Part shown: positions 1 to 11,049 of the stretch, in pieces
How positions within the stretch are numbered: the first letter of the stretch is position 1
How the letters are laid out: every line of letters starts with the position of its first letter
NCBI GenBank assembly: GCA_964016885.1
Contig: CAXHJY010000258.1
Location: 1 to 20,651 of the forward strand
Length of the DNA: 20,651 nt
From: Eledone cirrhosa
Lineage: Eukaryota
Direction of reading: 5' to 3'
Notes under the pieces: model-generated
Seen by the model: only the letters and a program-made list of their open reading frames with translations
Told to the model about the DNA's origin: nothing
Databases searched by the model: none
Position numbers and translations under genes: made by a program

Positions 1-13
1 AGATAAATTTCAA

Positions 14-19
14 TTTATT
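14..19 (-). promoter_or_regulatory. Polyadenylation signal AATAAA of the Tx1-like element
   Basis: tttatt on + at 14-19, at the end of the 3'UTR and just before the putative ATCT tail/target. Confidence 0.6.
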
Positions 20-236
20 TGCCACGAGGGCACAAAAGAAGGGGACATTTACACAGTGGGGGAGTTTACATAAATCGAGTAAAGAAAAAAGGAATAACAA
101 TAATAATATAACAATAAAAGTCCTCAAAAGGGAGGGGGCGTGTTGGGGATTGCACATACCCCCGAAAAGTGTGCAACTCTTTTCGCGGGGGAAGCCCAGA
201 GAGGAGGCGCTCCCCCTTTCCTCTTCACTTCTTCAC

Positions 237-3200
237 CTACAGAACAATGTAGAGAGAAGGCCCATTTACACGGGCCATTCTCGCTTCTTTCACCCACCTT
301 TCATAAAACTGTCTGGGACCAAGCACTTCTCTCTCCATCCTGATTCTTCTTCCGAAGTGGTATCGGAAGAAGTAAACCAGGTGATGGCCGGAGAGAAAGT
401 CACCCGACCTCAGACCTTTCAGGCGCGTCCACCACACAACCTCTTTCATCATGGCTATTACGCACAGAAAGACCGCCTCTGCTTCATTTCTGAAGGGAGG
501 AGGCGGCTTGATGTTCACCACAGACTCGGCGGTTAATCGAATCGGCGCCACACGCGACAGCAGTCGTTCGACGTAGCCCCACAGATCGGCAACGCCCGGG
601 CAGTGTACCAGTGCATGCGCAACGGTTTCCTCGTCGCGCACGCATCTGGGACAGATCTTTTTCGCGGGATCCCTGCCCGGGCGCCCGTGTCTGTAGAGCT
701 TTTCTCGAACGGGCAGAGCCCCCCGGTAACACTGCCAGGCTAGGGACCTCTGGAAGTTGTCCATGGGTCCCGGGCCGAAAGTTCTACCGAACAGGCTGGC
801 CAGTTCGTCCTCCTCCATGCCTAGCGACTCTCCAAGGGTGTCGTCGCCCCTGCTAGCCACCAACCCTCTATAGAATGTTGAGGTGGATTCTCCACTGACA
901 GTCGGGTCCGCTTGCCAGATAGCCGTGAGCGCCTGGGCACACTCAGTGTGCCAGTTGCCCAGTTTTCTCGGTCTTTGCTTCACCCAGGATTGCAGTTCGG
1001 TGAGCGAGACGAGCTGTGGGAAGGCTCGCCTCACAAACGGGGCCCACACCGGCTGACCGTTGAGGAATACCTGTAGATGCCGTAGCCTCAATGCGTGCCT
1101 ACGCATCAACAGCCACGGCATACCCAGCCCTCCTTTCGAAGGGTGCTGGCAGCAGATGGATCTCCTCACCATGGGAGGCCGCTTCTTCCAGAGGAACTGG
1201 AAGAGCATGCGTTCCATGATGGTGAGCTTTTCCTTGGGGCAAGGCACGACGGTCAGGCGGTAGTAGATGACGGACGCTATGTAAGCGTTCGTCACCTCCG
1301 CCCGACCTTTCAGTGATAGTTTGCACTTGGCCCACTTCTGGGTCAGCGCAAACACCCTGCTCGTCACCTCGCCCCAATTCTTCTCCACCTGGAGGTCCGG
1401 TCCGAACCAGACCCCGAGCAGCTTCACCGGGCCCTCCGTCCACCGCCCGACGACACCGTCTAACGGCATCGGTTTGCCCCTCCACGTTCCGAGTTGCAAA
1501 CCGACTGACTTGTCCTGGTTCAGCTTAGCCCCCGTCAGCCTTTCGTATTCCTCCAGTAGGGTGGCGATCGCCCCGATTTCCGAGGCGTCCGCCACCATTA
1601 CTGTTACGTCGTCGGCATAGGCCGAGACCGCTTTGTGCAATCCCGGTTCCAGGGGTATGCCCCGCAGCAACTCCAACTTCCGCAGCAGTGGCTCGAGAGT
1701 CAATACGTACAGAAGGGAGGAGAGGGGGCACCCCTGTCTGATGGATCGGGTGATTTGAAACGGCTCCGAGAGGTAGCCGTTTACTTTAATCCTAGAGTAG
1801 ATGTTGCCACTGTGCATGGCAGAAATCCAGCCCCTGAAAACGGGTCCGAAGCCCGCCGCCGCTAGCACCGCATCCAGGTAACCATGGTCGACCCTATCGA
1901 ACGCCTTAGATTGATCCAAGTTGATCAGGGCCCCACCAAAGCCGGGTTCGTAGCCAACCCTCTCTATGATGTATCGCATGAGGTGGAGGTTGTCGTGAAT
2001 GGACCTGGACGGGATAGCGCATGTCTGCGCGTCTCCCACCAAACCACCCACCACAAGCGCCAACCTCTTCGCCAACACCTTGGCCAAAATCTGTAACTCT
2101 GCATTCAGCAGAGTTATGGGCCTAAAGTTACTTAAGTCGTCCCCCTTGCTCTCGTCCTTCCTCACTAGCGTGACCACGCCCTTGGTCACAGAACAGGGAA
2201 TTCTCCCGTTCTGTTGCCAGTTGCAATAGACAGCCTCGAGGAGTTCGGAGAACAAGACCGGCATAGCTAAATAAAGTTCGTATGGTAGACCATCGAGACC
2301 CGGGGATTTGCGTCTGCTGCATTGGCTGAGCGCTTCCCCGATTTCAGTGGCTGTGATTGGCCCTTCGCAGCACTCCGCTTCGCCGCTCGAAAGACGCGGT
2401 AGACCGTCGAGGTATGGACCGAAGTCCACATCCCCATCCGGCCCCCGCCACCTCCGAACAGTCGAGCAAAGTGCCTTTGAAAGGTCTCGCACATTCGCTC
2501 AGGTTCAAGGATCACCCGTCCATCCTGGTCTCGCAAAGACCGAATGGTGGATTTAATCCCACTCTTGGCTTCTGTCACGCGGGCCCAGCTAACAGCTTTG
2601 GTCCCCTCGTTTCCTAAAGCACGTATTTTACTTCGGACAACGCAGCCTTCGTGCTTCGCGTCAAAGAACTGGCTCAATGCCGTTCTCGTCGCTAACACTC
2701 TGGCTACGTCTCCGCTCCTAATCGCCTCTTCTAGTTTATCTGTTAACTCCCTTTCCCTCCTATTTCTATTCGCCGCTAGTTCCTTACTGTAACCTATCGA
2801 ACTTACTCTAATCTCTCTCTTTAGAGATATCCACCACCTACTGTTGACGATCGCTCCCGTCAACCGCATCTTAACTAAGCTACTAATCCGGTTTCTGTAA
2901 TCTTTCTTTGTCGGTAAGGACAAGTTCATCTTCCAGTAACCGGGACCCTGTCTATGCGTTCTATCAAGGTTGACCACGCAGGTCACTAATTTGTGATCTG
3001 AATAGCCAACCATGATCAGTTCTGGACAACTAAATACGTCCCTATCCTTACTCCTAACCAAAAACCTATCTAGGTACGATCTAGATTGTCCACTGCGGTT
3101 TGCCCAGGTCCAGGTTGGCGCAGTTGGACAATCTAGTCGAAATCTATCGACCAGGTCGAATCGATCGAGTAACCCCTTGAGGCTGCTACACCCCCCTCTA

Positions 3201-3665
3201 TCGGGACATGCCCCTGCATAGTCCCAACGCGCATCTAGGATTCCATTCCAGTCCCCCACTAAAAGCAGGGAACGCGACGTTCCTAGAAAAGTCTCCAGAC
3301 GTTGGAAGAAGTCGGCTCTCTCCGCCCCGAAGGGAGCATAAAGACCGACCAGTCTGAAAGCCCCGCCTTCACCACCTCCGACGTCCAGCACCAGTAATCG
3401 ACCCCCCGGGTCCGAGTGAACAATCTGTACGTCGAGAGTCAGACGTTTATCCAGCAGTACGGCAACTCCCCCCCCCGCCTCCGGGTTGACAGAGAGATGC
3501 GTGCATCTCAAAGTCATCGAAGGCGGGCGCCAGCTGTCTCACGCTGCTGATCCGACTCTCGCAAACAACCATCACATCTATACTTTGTGACCTGAGGTCA
3601 CTTAGAAGCTTTGCTTGCTTCCAAGCTGAGCTCAGGCCACGCGCGTTCAAACAGCCAACTCTCAA
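237..3665 (-). pseudogene. ORF2 pol polyprotein (APE endonuclease, reverse transcriptase, C-terminal zinc finger), ~1140 aa reconstructed, two frameshifts
   Basis: APE motifs: VGCLNARGL, VCES, GVAVLL, YAP, LVGDWN, SYLDRFLV, YSDHKLV. RT motifs: KSPGLDG, NFRPITLLN, LDQSKAFDRVDH, RQGCPLS, YADDV, KGGLG. Zinc finger: CPRCVRDEETVAHALVHC. Split across ORFs 3447-3665, 2267-3517 and 237-2492, with shifts at homopolymer runs near 3468-3476 and 2443-2447. Confidence 0.93.
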
Positions 3666-3670
3666 TTGAT

Positions 3671-5512
3671 CTATTTTGGTGTTGAAAGTGAAGAAAGAAA
3701 AGCACTTACCTCTCCGGGTTGCGTAATTTCCATGGCATCAGGTGTGTTGGGTGGAGGGATGTTTTGTGGTGGTGTGGGGGTACACGTGTGTGGTGGGGTT
3801 GGGGTATTTGGAGTTGTGTCAGGGAGAGGGGCGGTTATGGGGAAATCTTTCAAGAGGACGCGATTCAACGGTTTTAAACAGGGGGGGCTCACGTCCCGTC
3901 TAAATTGTTCTTTTAAGGAACGATAAAGGTCCAGAGGGACCTTTATCATTTTTAAATGGGTGAAGTTCTCTGTTGAGATAAAGTTTGGCCCTTCGGTCTG
4001 CACCATAGGGTTATTGTTTATTAATTTAACCAGTTTTTTGTTTTCTTTATTTATATATGTGTATTGCAACGTCTTTTTTTGTGATGCTGTCAATGTTTCG
4101 GAGAGGGGAGGCGCAGATTTATTTTTGTTTGTTGAGGGTGGGGTGTTTTTGATTGGAGTTGGTGTTTGTGTGTGGGTTATTTGTGGTGTGCTGGGTGTGT
4201 GTTTTCTTTTTTTTCTTTTAACTTGTCTGAAGGCTTCTCCTCCTTCTTCTTCAGAAGTTGGGGGAAACTCTTCAGCGCTAGGTGGGAGGGACGTGTTGTG
4301 TGGTTGTTTTTTTTTTGCGGGAGGGGTAGATTTGTTACTGTTTTTTTTTTTATTATTTGTTTGGAATGGGTTTTGTGGTGGTGGTGGTGGTGGTAATGTT
4401 TGTGTCGTGCTTGTGGTTGGTAATGGTGGTGGTGATGTTTGTGTTGTGGTTGGTGGTGGTGATTTTTGTGTCGTGCTTGTGTTTGGTGCTGGTGGTGGTG
4501 ATGTTTGTGTTGTGTTTGTGGTTGGTGGTGTCTGTATTTTGTTTGCTGTGTGTGGTATTAGTGTATTTTTGGAGGTGGGTGGTGCTGGTGTACTGTTTGT
4601 GGTGGGTGTGGGCAATAGTCCTTTTTGGGGGATACGTTTCGGGCAGTTAGCCTTAACGTGTCCCCTTTCCATGCATAAATAGCATGCTGGTCTTCTCCCC
4701 TCTACAATTATGTCTATTGGGGTAAGGTCATCCAGCCAGATGCGATCCGGGATTTGTGCTATTCTTTCGGGCCTCATTTGGACTAGTATGTCGAGGCCCA
4801 TTCCCAGGAACGCATCTCCAGTTGCCTTCCCCATTGACAGCATAGTGTCTTCGCCCATATCAATGAAGCCAGCAATAGCCCACCAGAAGTCCATTGTGGG
4901 CAGCATTGTTTTTACTTTTATTCTCTGTGTTCTTCTACCCATGTAGGAGGGATAGAAGCTATATGTTGTCGACGAGAGTGGGCTTAGGGAAAGCTGAACC
5001 GCCGTTTCTTTGTCTCTTGTTAGGACCGAAATGCTGCCATAGAGTCGGTCCTTTCGTATGAAGAGAATATTCTTCATATAGTCTTTTAGGACTAACTCTA
5101 TTTCCATTTGGCTGGGCTGTGCTGGCTTTCTTGACTGGTTTAGTATAGTTCTGTATATAACTGTGTTTTCTGCTCTGGCTTTCTTGAATTCTGGGGGGGA
5201 GTTAATGGAAAACATTCCGTTCTCCCCCAAAACAATATGTTTCTTTGCTTCGGCCAGTTTTTCTCTGGCGGCAGTTAGGTCAATTGGTGTGTATGTAATG
5301 GATTGCTTTGTTTTCTGGGCGAAAGTTGCCCTGTCGTTATTTGTATTATTTTCTGTTTGTTTGTTTTCTGTTTGCTCATTTTCCTTAACATTTGTTTTTT
5401 CATTTTGTTTGTTTGTTTCAATGTCTAATTTTGTTGTAATTATTTTTTGTTCTTCAGACTTGGGGGGCGTGGCAGAGCTAATGGCAGACATGTCTGCCAT
5501 CTTTTCCGCCAT
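3671..5512 (-). CDS. ORF1 gag-like nucleic-acid-binding protein of the Tx1-like element (~613 aa from first ATG)
   Basis: Uninterrupted frame. Zinc knuckle CYLCMERGHVKANC (CX2CX4HX4C), long Pro/Thr-rich low-complexity region, basic NLS-like VKRKKRK. Lies directly upstream of ORF2. First ATG is at 5512; the track's start at 5539 is TTG. Confidence 0.88.
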   Translation of the reverse strand: MAEKMADMSAISSATPPKSEEQKIITTKLDIETNKQNEKTNVKENEQTENKQTENNTNNDRATFAQKTKQSITYTPIDLTAAREKLAEAKKHIVLGENGMFSINSPPEFKKARAENTVIYRTILNQSRKPAQPSQMEIELVLKDYMKNILFIRKDRLYGSISVLTRDKETAVQLSLSPLSSTTYSFYPSYMGRRTQRIKVKTMLPTMDFWWAIAGFIDMGEDTMLSMGKATGDAFLGMGLDILVQMRPERIAQIPDRIWLDDLTPIDIIVEGRRPACYLCMERGHVKANCPKRIPQKGLLPTPTTNSTPAPPTSKNTLIPHTANKIQTPPTTNTTQTSPPPAPNTSTTQKSPPPTTTQTSPPPLPTTSTTQTLPPPPPPQNPFQTNNKKKNSNKSTPPAKKKQPHNTSLPPSAEEFPPTSEEEGGEAFRQVKRKKRKHTPSTPQITHTQTPTPIKNTPPSTNKNKSAPPLSETLTASQKKTLQYTYINKENKKLVKLINNNPMVQTEGPNFISTENFTHLKMIKVPLDLYRSLKEQFRRDVSPPCLKPLNRVLLKDFPITAPLPDTTPNTPTPPHTCTPTPPQNIPPPNTPDAMEITQPGEVSAFLSSLSTPK

Positions 5513-5714
5513 GCTGCCAAGAAAGAAATTTTTCGGCAAAAATAGATATTTATTTTACCCCCTAAAAAGGGGGTAAATGCAAAAATGTTTCCCTAAATAA
5601 CAGGGGTTAGTGTTCCAAATGTGTTGCACTAAAAAATTTATCCGGTACTTACAATAGTAAGGGTAAATCCCGATGGAATAGCGGAGCCGATGCGAAGCGT
5701 GTCTTACTCTATCA

Positions 5715-5738
5715 AGATAGATAGATAGATAGATAGAT
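5715..5738. repeat. (AGAT)6 microsatellite flanking the Tx1 5' end
   Basis: agatagatagatagatagatagat, followed by degenerate units. Confidence 0.95.
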
Positions 5739-5891
5739 AAATGAATAGATGGATTACCATTACACTGTTGCAAGCTCAAACATTTACTTGACTAATTACT
5801 TGACTAATTGTTTCACTAATTAATTCACTAATTAATTCACTAATTATCTATCTATTACTCTTCTCTCTTCCCTTTTCTTCCATTGCAACAG

Positions 5892-5964
5892 ATGAGAAAG
5901 GAATCAGGGTCCGAGAATGTACAGCTAAAAGTGGTGGCAAAAACCTGACATTTATCGCAAATTT
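5892..5964 (+). CDS. ZP-domain protein, internal exon A (ZP-C; (D)EKGIRVRECTAKSGGKNLTFIAN)
   Basis: Polypyrimidine tract + caacag acceptor and gtgagt donor. 73 nt, phase 1 in and phase 2 out, joining in frame to the exon at 11050 (TT+T=Phe). Confidence 0.85.
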
Positions 5965-6102
5965 GTGAGTCAAATTGAATTTCTTTACTTCGAAGTCACT
6001 GACGAAATATATCAGTAATGCTTTATCGCGTGTTTAGTCGTTTGTTCATTAAATGTTCTTCGTTGTTTTTTTTTGTTTTTTTTGGTTTTTTGTGTAGTTT
6101 TT

Positions 6103-6143
6103 TTATATATTATTTGAAATAACTACGTTGATATATATATATA

Positions 6144-6189
<46 letters not shown>

Positions 6190-6358
6190 TTCATATGAAT
6201 GTGGGTTTATATATATATAGACAAATATAGACATACACACATACACACATACGCATATATATATATATATATATATATACGTATATGGGTATGTATATGT
6301 ATATATGTATATATTTGTATATATGTATATGTGTGTGAGTGTGTATGTATATATATAT

Positions 6359-6426
<68 letters not shown>

Positions 6427-6543
6427 CGTATATATATATATATGTGTGTATATATATATATATTTATAGATATAGATATATAGGTATATATATATATATG
6501 TGTGTGTGTGTGCGTGTGTATATATATATACATATATACACAC

Positions 6544-6616
<73 letters not shown>

Positions 6617-7154
6617 GAGAAAATGTTTCCATTTAACTGTGTCCAGTAAATATAAACGCAACAGACGGTGGTAAACAGATAAATATTTTAACTATTTTTC
6701 ACAACAATGAAAATATCTTCCATGATTTCATACTTGACCTTGTTTTCACAATATACAGTAATATTTGTCTGCGACCCTCGTTAACTCTACGCACACATAC
6801 ACAACCACACACGCAAGCAGACATACACATATACACACACAAACACAAACACAAACATACCCAAACACAGAATCAAACATACACATACACACACACGTAC
6901 TTACACATACACACACAACCAGACATACACATATACACACAAACAAGCACAAACATACCCAAACGCAGAATCAAACATACACATACACACACACGTACTT
7001 ACACATACACACACAACCAGACATACACATATACACACAAACAAACACAAACACAAACACAGAATCAAACATACACATGCATAAACAAAAAAAGAAACGC
7101 ACATATGCTTACACACATACAAACACAAAGATACACACAAAGATACACACAAAG

Positions 7155-7212
<58 letters not shown>

Positions 7213-7280
7213 GCAAACATACATATACATACACGCATACAGATATAAATACACACATACATAAACATACATAAACATAG

Positions 7281-7334
<54 letters not shown>

Positions 7335-7473
7335 GCAAACATACACATACATACACACAAACACGAACATACATGCACATAAGCGGACATACATATACAT
7401 ACAAACATCCATACATACATACATACACAAACATACACACTCATACGTACACATATAAACATACGCACACACA
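6103..7473. repeat. Compound (TA)n/(TG)n/(CA)n microsatellite field, including a ~95-100 bp CA-rich unit repeated ~3 times (about 6790-7075)
   Basis: Seen directly; the motif cagaatcaaacatacac recurs near 6868, 6966 and 7060. Confidence 0.9.
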
Positions 7474-8465
7474 ATCACCAGCTATGCTGAGGACACAAAG
7501 GTAGCGCAGGCAATCAAGAACCCGGCTGATGCTACCCTTTTACAAGATCTGGATGCCATATACAAATGGGCTGAGGCCAACAACATGCAGTTTAATGCTG
7601 GAAAATGTCAAGCCCTACAATATCAACCTGCTAACACAAGTACAGTACAACACAGCTACACTGGACCAGGAGGGATAGAAATCCCCGTGTCGAAATCTAT
7701 ACGAGACCTGGGAATAGACATGAGCGATGATGCATCTTTTTCTTCACACATCATGAAAGTGGCGACAATGTGCAGACAAACTCGCTGGTTGGATCTTGAG
7801 GACTTTCAAGACAGGAGACTGCGAGACCACGTTGGTACTATGGAGGACATTTGTCCTAAGCCGACTGAACTATTGCCTCCAACTGTGGTCACTCCATAGT
7901 GTCCAACTAACTACGGAGCTTGAGGCAATCCAACGAAGCTACACCAAGAGGATTGCCACGATGAAGGAGATGAGCTACTGGGAGAGGCTAAAAGAACTAA
8001 AACTCTACCTCTTGGAATGGAGACGGGAGAGATTCGCAGTGATATACATATGGAAGATCCTGGAGGGACTAGCACTGAACTTTGGTATTGGGAGCTGGAC
8101 CAACCCTTGAACAGGACGTCACTGTGTGGTGCCAAAGGTCCCGCCTTTCACATCTAGAGTAAGGAGCAGATATTGCAATAGCCTGGGGTTCAAAGGCCCT
8201 CAACTCTTCAATAAGCTGCCAAGAAATGTGCGAGATCTGCATGGTGTGGACATGGATGTTTTCAAGAAACATCTCGACACTCTGCTATCCAGGATCCCAG
8301 ATGAGCCCATAGCACGGAACGAAGGTAACCTAAAGGCAGCAGCATTAAACTCCCTCCTACATCAATGGCCAGCCGACACAGGCTGGAGATAGAATGTGTA
8401 CAACAAGGGTGGTGTCCCAGCATGGTCTCAATCAGATGGCCGGGACAGGAAAAAGAGTAAAAGAG
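7474..8465 (+). mobile_element. 5'-truncated, decayed CR1/L2-group LINE (RT C-terminal part and 3' end)
   Basis: Across frameshifts: SYAEDTK (YADD variant), QDLDAIYKWAEANNMQFNAGKC, RDLGIDMSDD, LSRLNYCLQLWS, LEAIQR, MSYWERLKELKLYLLEWRRER, FNKLP, FKKHLD. Confidence 0.85.
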
Positions 8466-8541
8466 ATATATACGCATACATAAAACTGAGGTAATTTTGA
8501 AATTGGAGCAAATGTAATGCTATGATTCCAGCAGCAATCTG

Positions 8542-9045
8542 GTGCAGTCTGCGACTAACCCAGGTTCTGTTACACGTCGGGCTGAGGAGGCCAAACTCTC
8601 CAAGTACCGGTCGCTCTCCGACAGGTTTGCGGTCGTGCCCTTGGCAGTGGCGACTTCTGGTGTCCTTGGCCCTAGGGCTGCCTCCCTACTCACCACCATA
8701 GGCGCTCAGCTGGCTTGCCGCAGGTGTGAGACTCGCGAGTTGGAATGGCTCTTCCAGCGCATCGCTCTTACCATCCTCCGGGGAAATGCCTTCTCCATTC
8801 TGTCCGCCGGGGCTGTGGGACGGCCAGCACGTGGGACCCCATTTGCTCACCCCATACAGAGAGATGAGGAGGGCGAGAGAGATGGAGGCGATGACAGTGA
8901 GAGTTCGCCTCTTCCATTTTCGGAGCATATCCTTGTGGTTGTGTTTAATGTAGTTAGAATCAAGTTGTCAGTACACAGACGTTCCCATGGACAACTGCTC
9001 ATTAAGTGTGTTTCACAGACAATTGCTCATTAAGTGTGTTAGTAA
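8542..9045 (+). mobile_element. 3' fragment of a CRE-like, restriction-like-endonuclease (RLE) non-LTR retrotransposon
   Basis: AEEAKLSKY (RLE KxxKY), VPLAVATSGVLG, WLFQRIALTILRGNAFSIL, resembling the conserved QRxxxxxxRGNA C-terminus of CRE-clade ORFs. A ~28-bp tandem duplication lies at 8990-9040 near the end. Confidence 0.72.
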
Positions 9046-9824
9046 TCAGTGTTAATTTCACGGAGATTCATTCCATTTCTCTATATACAAAAGATAAATT
9101 CTGAGTATGTTTCCTTAATGAAGCTCTCCTTTTCACTGAAAGTAAATATAGTTTCTTGTTTCTTCTAAGTTGTTCTACAATATACAAAGAGCTCTGTGCT
9201 CGTCATAACAAATACCTCCTCCCCTCCACACCATCTGAAACATGGCCACTACCCCACTCCCCCGTCTGACACACCACCACCACCCCTCCTTACAAACGGT
9301 ATCCGACTTTTGTCCACCCAAAGCAAATATTTAATATATAAATGGACTTTTATTTTCTTTATACACCATGAGGTGTCGAGGTCTTTATATAACGGCGTAT
9401 GCGTGTGTGTGTGTGTGTCAGTGTGTGTGTGTTTGTGTGCGTGTGTCACTGTGTGCATGTGCGTGTGACATTATGTGCATGTGTGTGTGTGTGTGTCATC
9501 GTGTGTGTGTGTGTGTGTGTGTCATCGTGTGTGTGTGTGTGTGTGTGTAAAATTGGTTGTTTGGGAGTTTAAGATTGCATTCGTCTTTATGTATGTAGGT
9601 AGGTAGGAATTATGTATGTATGTGTGTGTATATATGTACGTATGTATATATGTATGTATGCATGTTTATATGTATGTATATATGTATATATATATATGCA
9701 TATATACGTAGGTATATTTCCCAAGTTGTGTTGGGGGTAAAAAAAAAAAGGTACTCAATAAAGCGATGAAATACCAATGATGGTTGGAAGATCACTGATG
9801 AAGGACTAACTTTATTCATATGTG

Positions 9825-9859
<35 letters not shown>

Positions 9860-10120
9860 ATCATCATCATCTTCGTTTAACGTCCACTTTCCCTGCTAGC
9901 ATGGGTTAGACGGGAGTTGTCCTACTTGAGGCAAAGTTGGTCAGGTGACCGTGTCTCGCTCATATAGGACTGTATCTGGCAGGTTTTCTGCGGCTGGATG
10001 CCCTTCCTAACACCAACCACATTTACAGTGTGGAACTGGGAATTTTTTACCGTGTTACCTACACGACCACATTACAACGTGGACTGTGTGTTTTTTTTTT
10101 CTCGTGACACCTACACCATC
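9860..10120 (-). mobile_element. SINE-like element with (GAT)n tail, minus strand
   Basis: atcatcatcatc...tttaacgtccactttcc...ggatgcccttcctaacaccaaccac resembles RTE-partner SINE ends. Its internal segment (~10016-10115) matches the 48-bp satellite unit at 17846-18664. Confidence 0.6.
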
Positions 10121-10755
10121 TCGATCACGATCTCATTTATCTCATTTATTTGGACTGGATGTTGTGGTACCAACTTATAGAGAGAGGGTGGTGTTGGTGG
10201 GAGTGGGAGGATAGGGTAGGGGTAGTGGATTGGGGTGTATATTTGGTTAAGAGGTGCCTACTGACTGTATATATTAAGAGGTGCCTACTGACTGCCTATA
10301 TATATATATATTGTTATACTTTGGGAGGGTCATACTGCCAATAAGAACACACGCACCTGTTGGTTTTCACTTCAATTTATTATAAATTTCCGGATGGCTG
10401 TTTATATATTGTCAAAACTCTTTTGTCACACATTCTGAAACCTCCTCAGTGACTGGATTTTTATTTTATGTCTCTCCTTTATTCTGTCCTACACCATCAT
10501 GTTTTTTATGTATCGTGTGCTGTGTACTTGGTTTGCGCATGCGTAACATCCAGGTGTGTGTGTGTGTGTTTTTATTTATGTGTATATTTACTTGTCTCTA
10601 GTTGGTTGTTTGTTCTAGCTGAGTGTGTCTGATTTGTTTTGTTAGTTTGGGTTTTGTGTGTCTATGTATGTCTCGATATATAATTCAACACACGTTTTCA
10701 GATAAGAAATGCAGTAAATTGGTGAGGTTTTTAATGAGATATTTACTTATAATAT

Positions 10756-10803
10756 CTGATTTTGATAAGTCCCAATAAGGGACGAAACGTTCGGAAATAT
10801 CAA
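10756..10803 (+). ncRNA. Degenerate minimal type I hammerhead ribozyme motif (U3-A8 core variant)
   Basis: TTGATAA (10762-68), stem II gtccc-aataa-gggac, GAAAC-gttc-G. The triplet reads GGA rather than GUH and stem I is imperfect. Confidence 0.5.
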
Positions 10804-10838
10804 TATTTAATATAAAAACGTATTTGGTAATTACTTTA

Positions 10839-10955
<117 letters not shown>

Positions 10956-10965
10956 GTGTATATTT

Positions 10966-11020
<55 letters not shown>

Positions 11021-11049
11021 TGTGCATATATATATATATATATTGACAG

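Larger units (their letters stand above)
5..5714 (-). mobile_element. Near full-length Tx1/L1-group non-LTR retrotransposon (5'UTR, ORF1, ORF2, 3'UTR), antisense within an intron of the ZP gene
   Basis: Two-ORF layout: gag-like ORF1 with CCHC knuckle, then APE endonuclease + RT + C-terminal CxxC..H..C. Minus-strand AATAAA at 14-19 lies ~220 nt after the ORF2 stop. The 5' end abuts (AGAT)6 at 5715-5738. Boundaries are approximate and the 3' junction is at the window edge. Confidence 0.93.

Noticed and set aside
140-5576. Plus-strand ORFs over the Tx1 element, including the 240-aa ORF 3960-4682
   Set aside because: Antisense shadows of ORF1/ORF2; the Val/Gly richness mirrors the Pro/Thr codons.
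5995-6030. CTGACGA as a hammerhead core
   Set aside because: No stem II/GAAA/UH arrangement follows.
6664-6782. Imperfect inverted repeat (cagataaatatt / aatatttgtctg) as a MITE
   Set aside because: Arms are short and AT-rich with no clear TSD.
9765-9820. CTGATGA near 9795 as a hammerhead
   Set aside because: The downstream half is replaced by microsatellite and the upstream GAAA cannot close stem III. At most a truncated relic.
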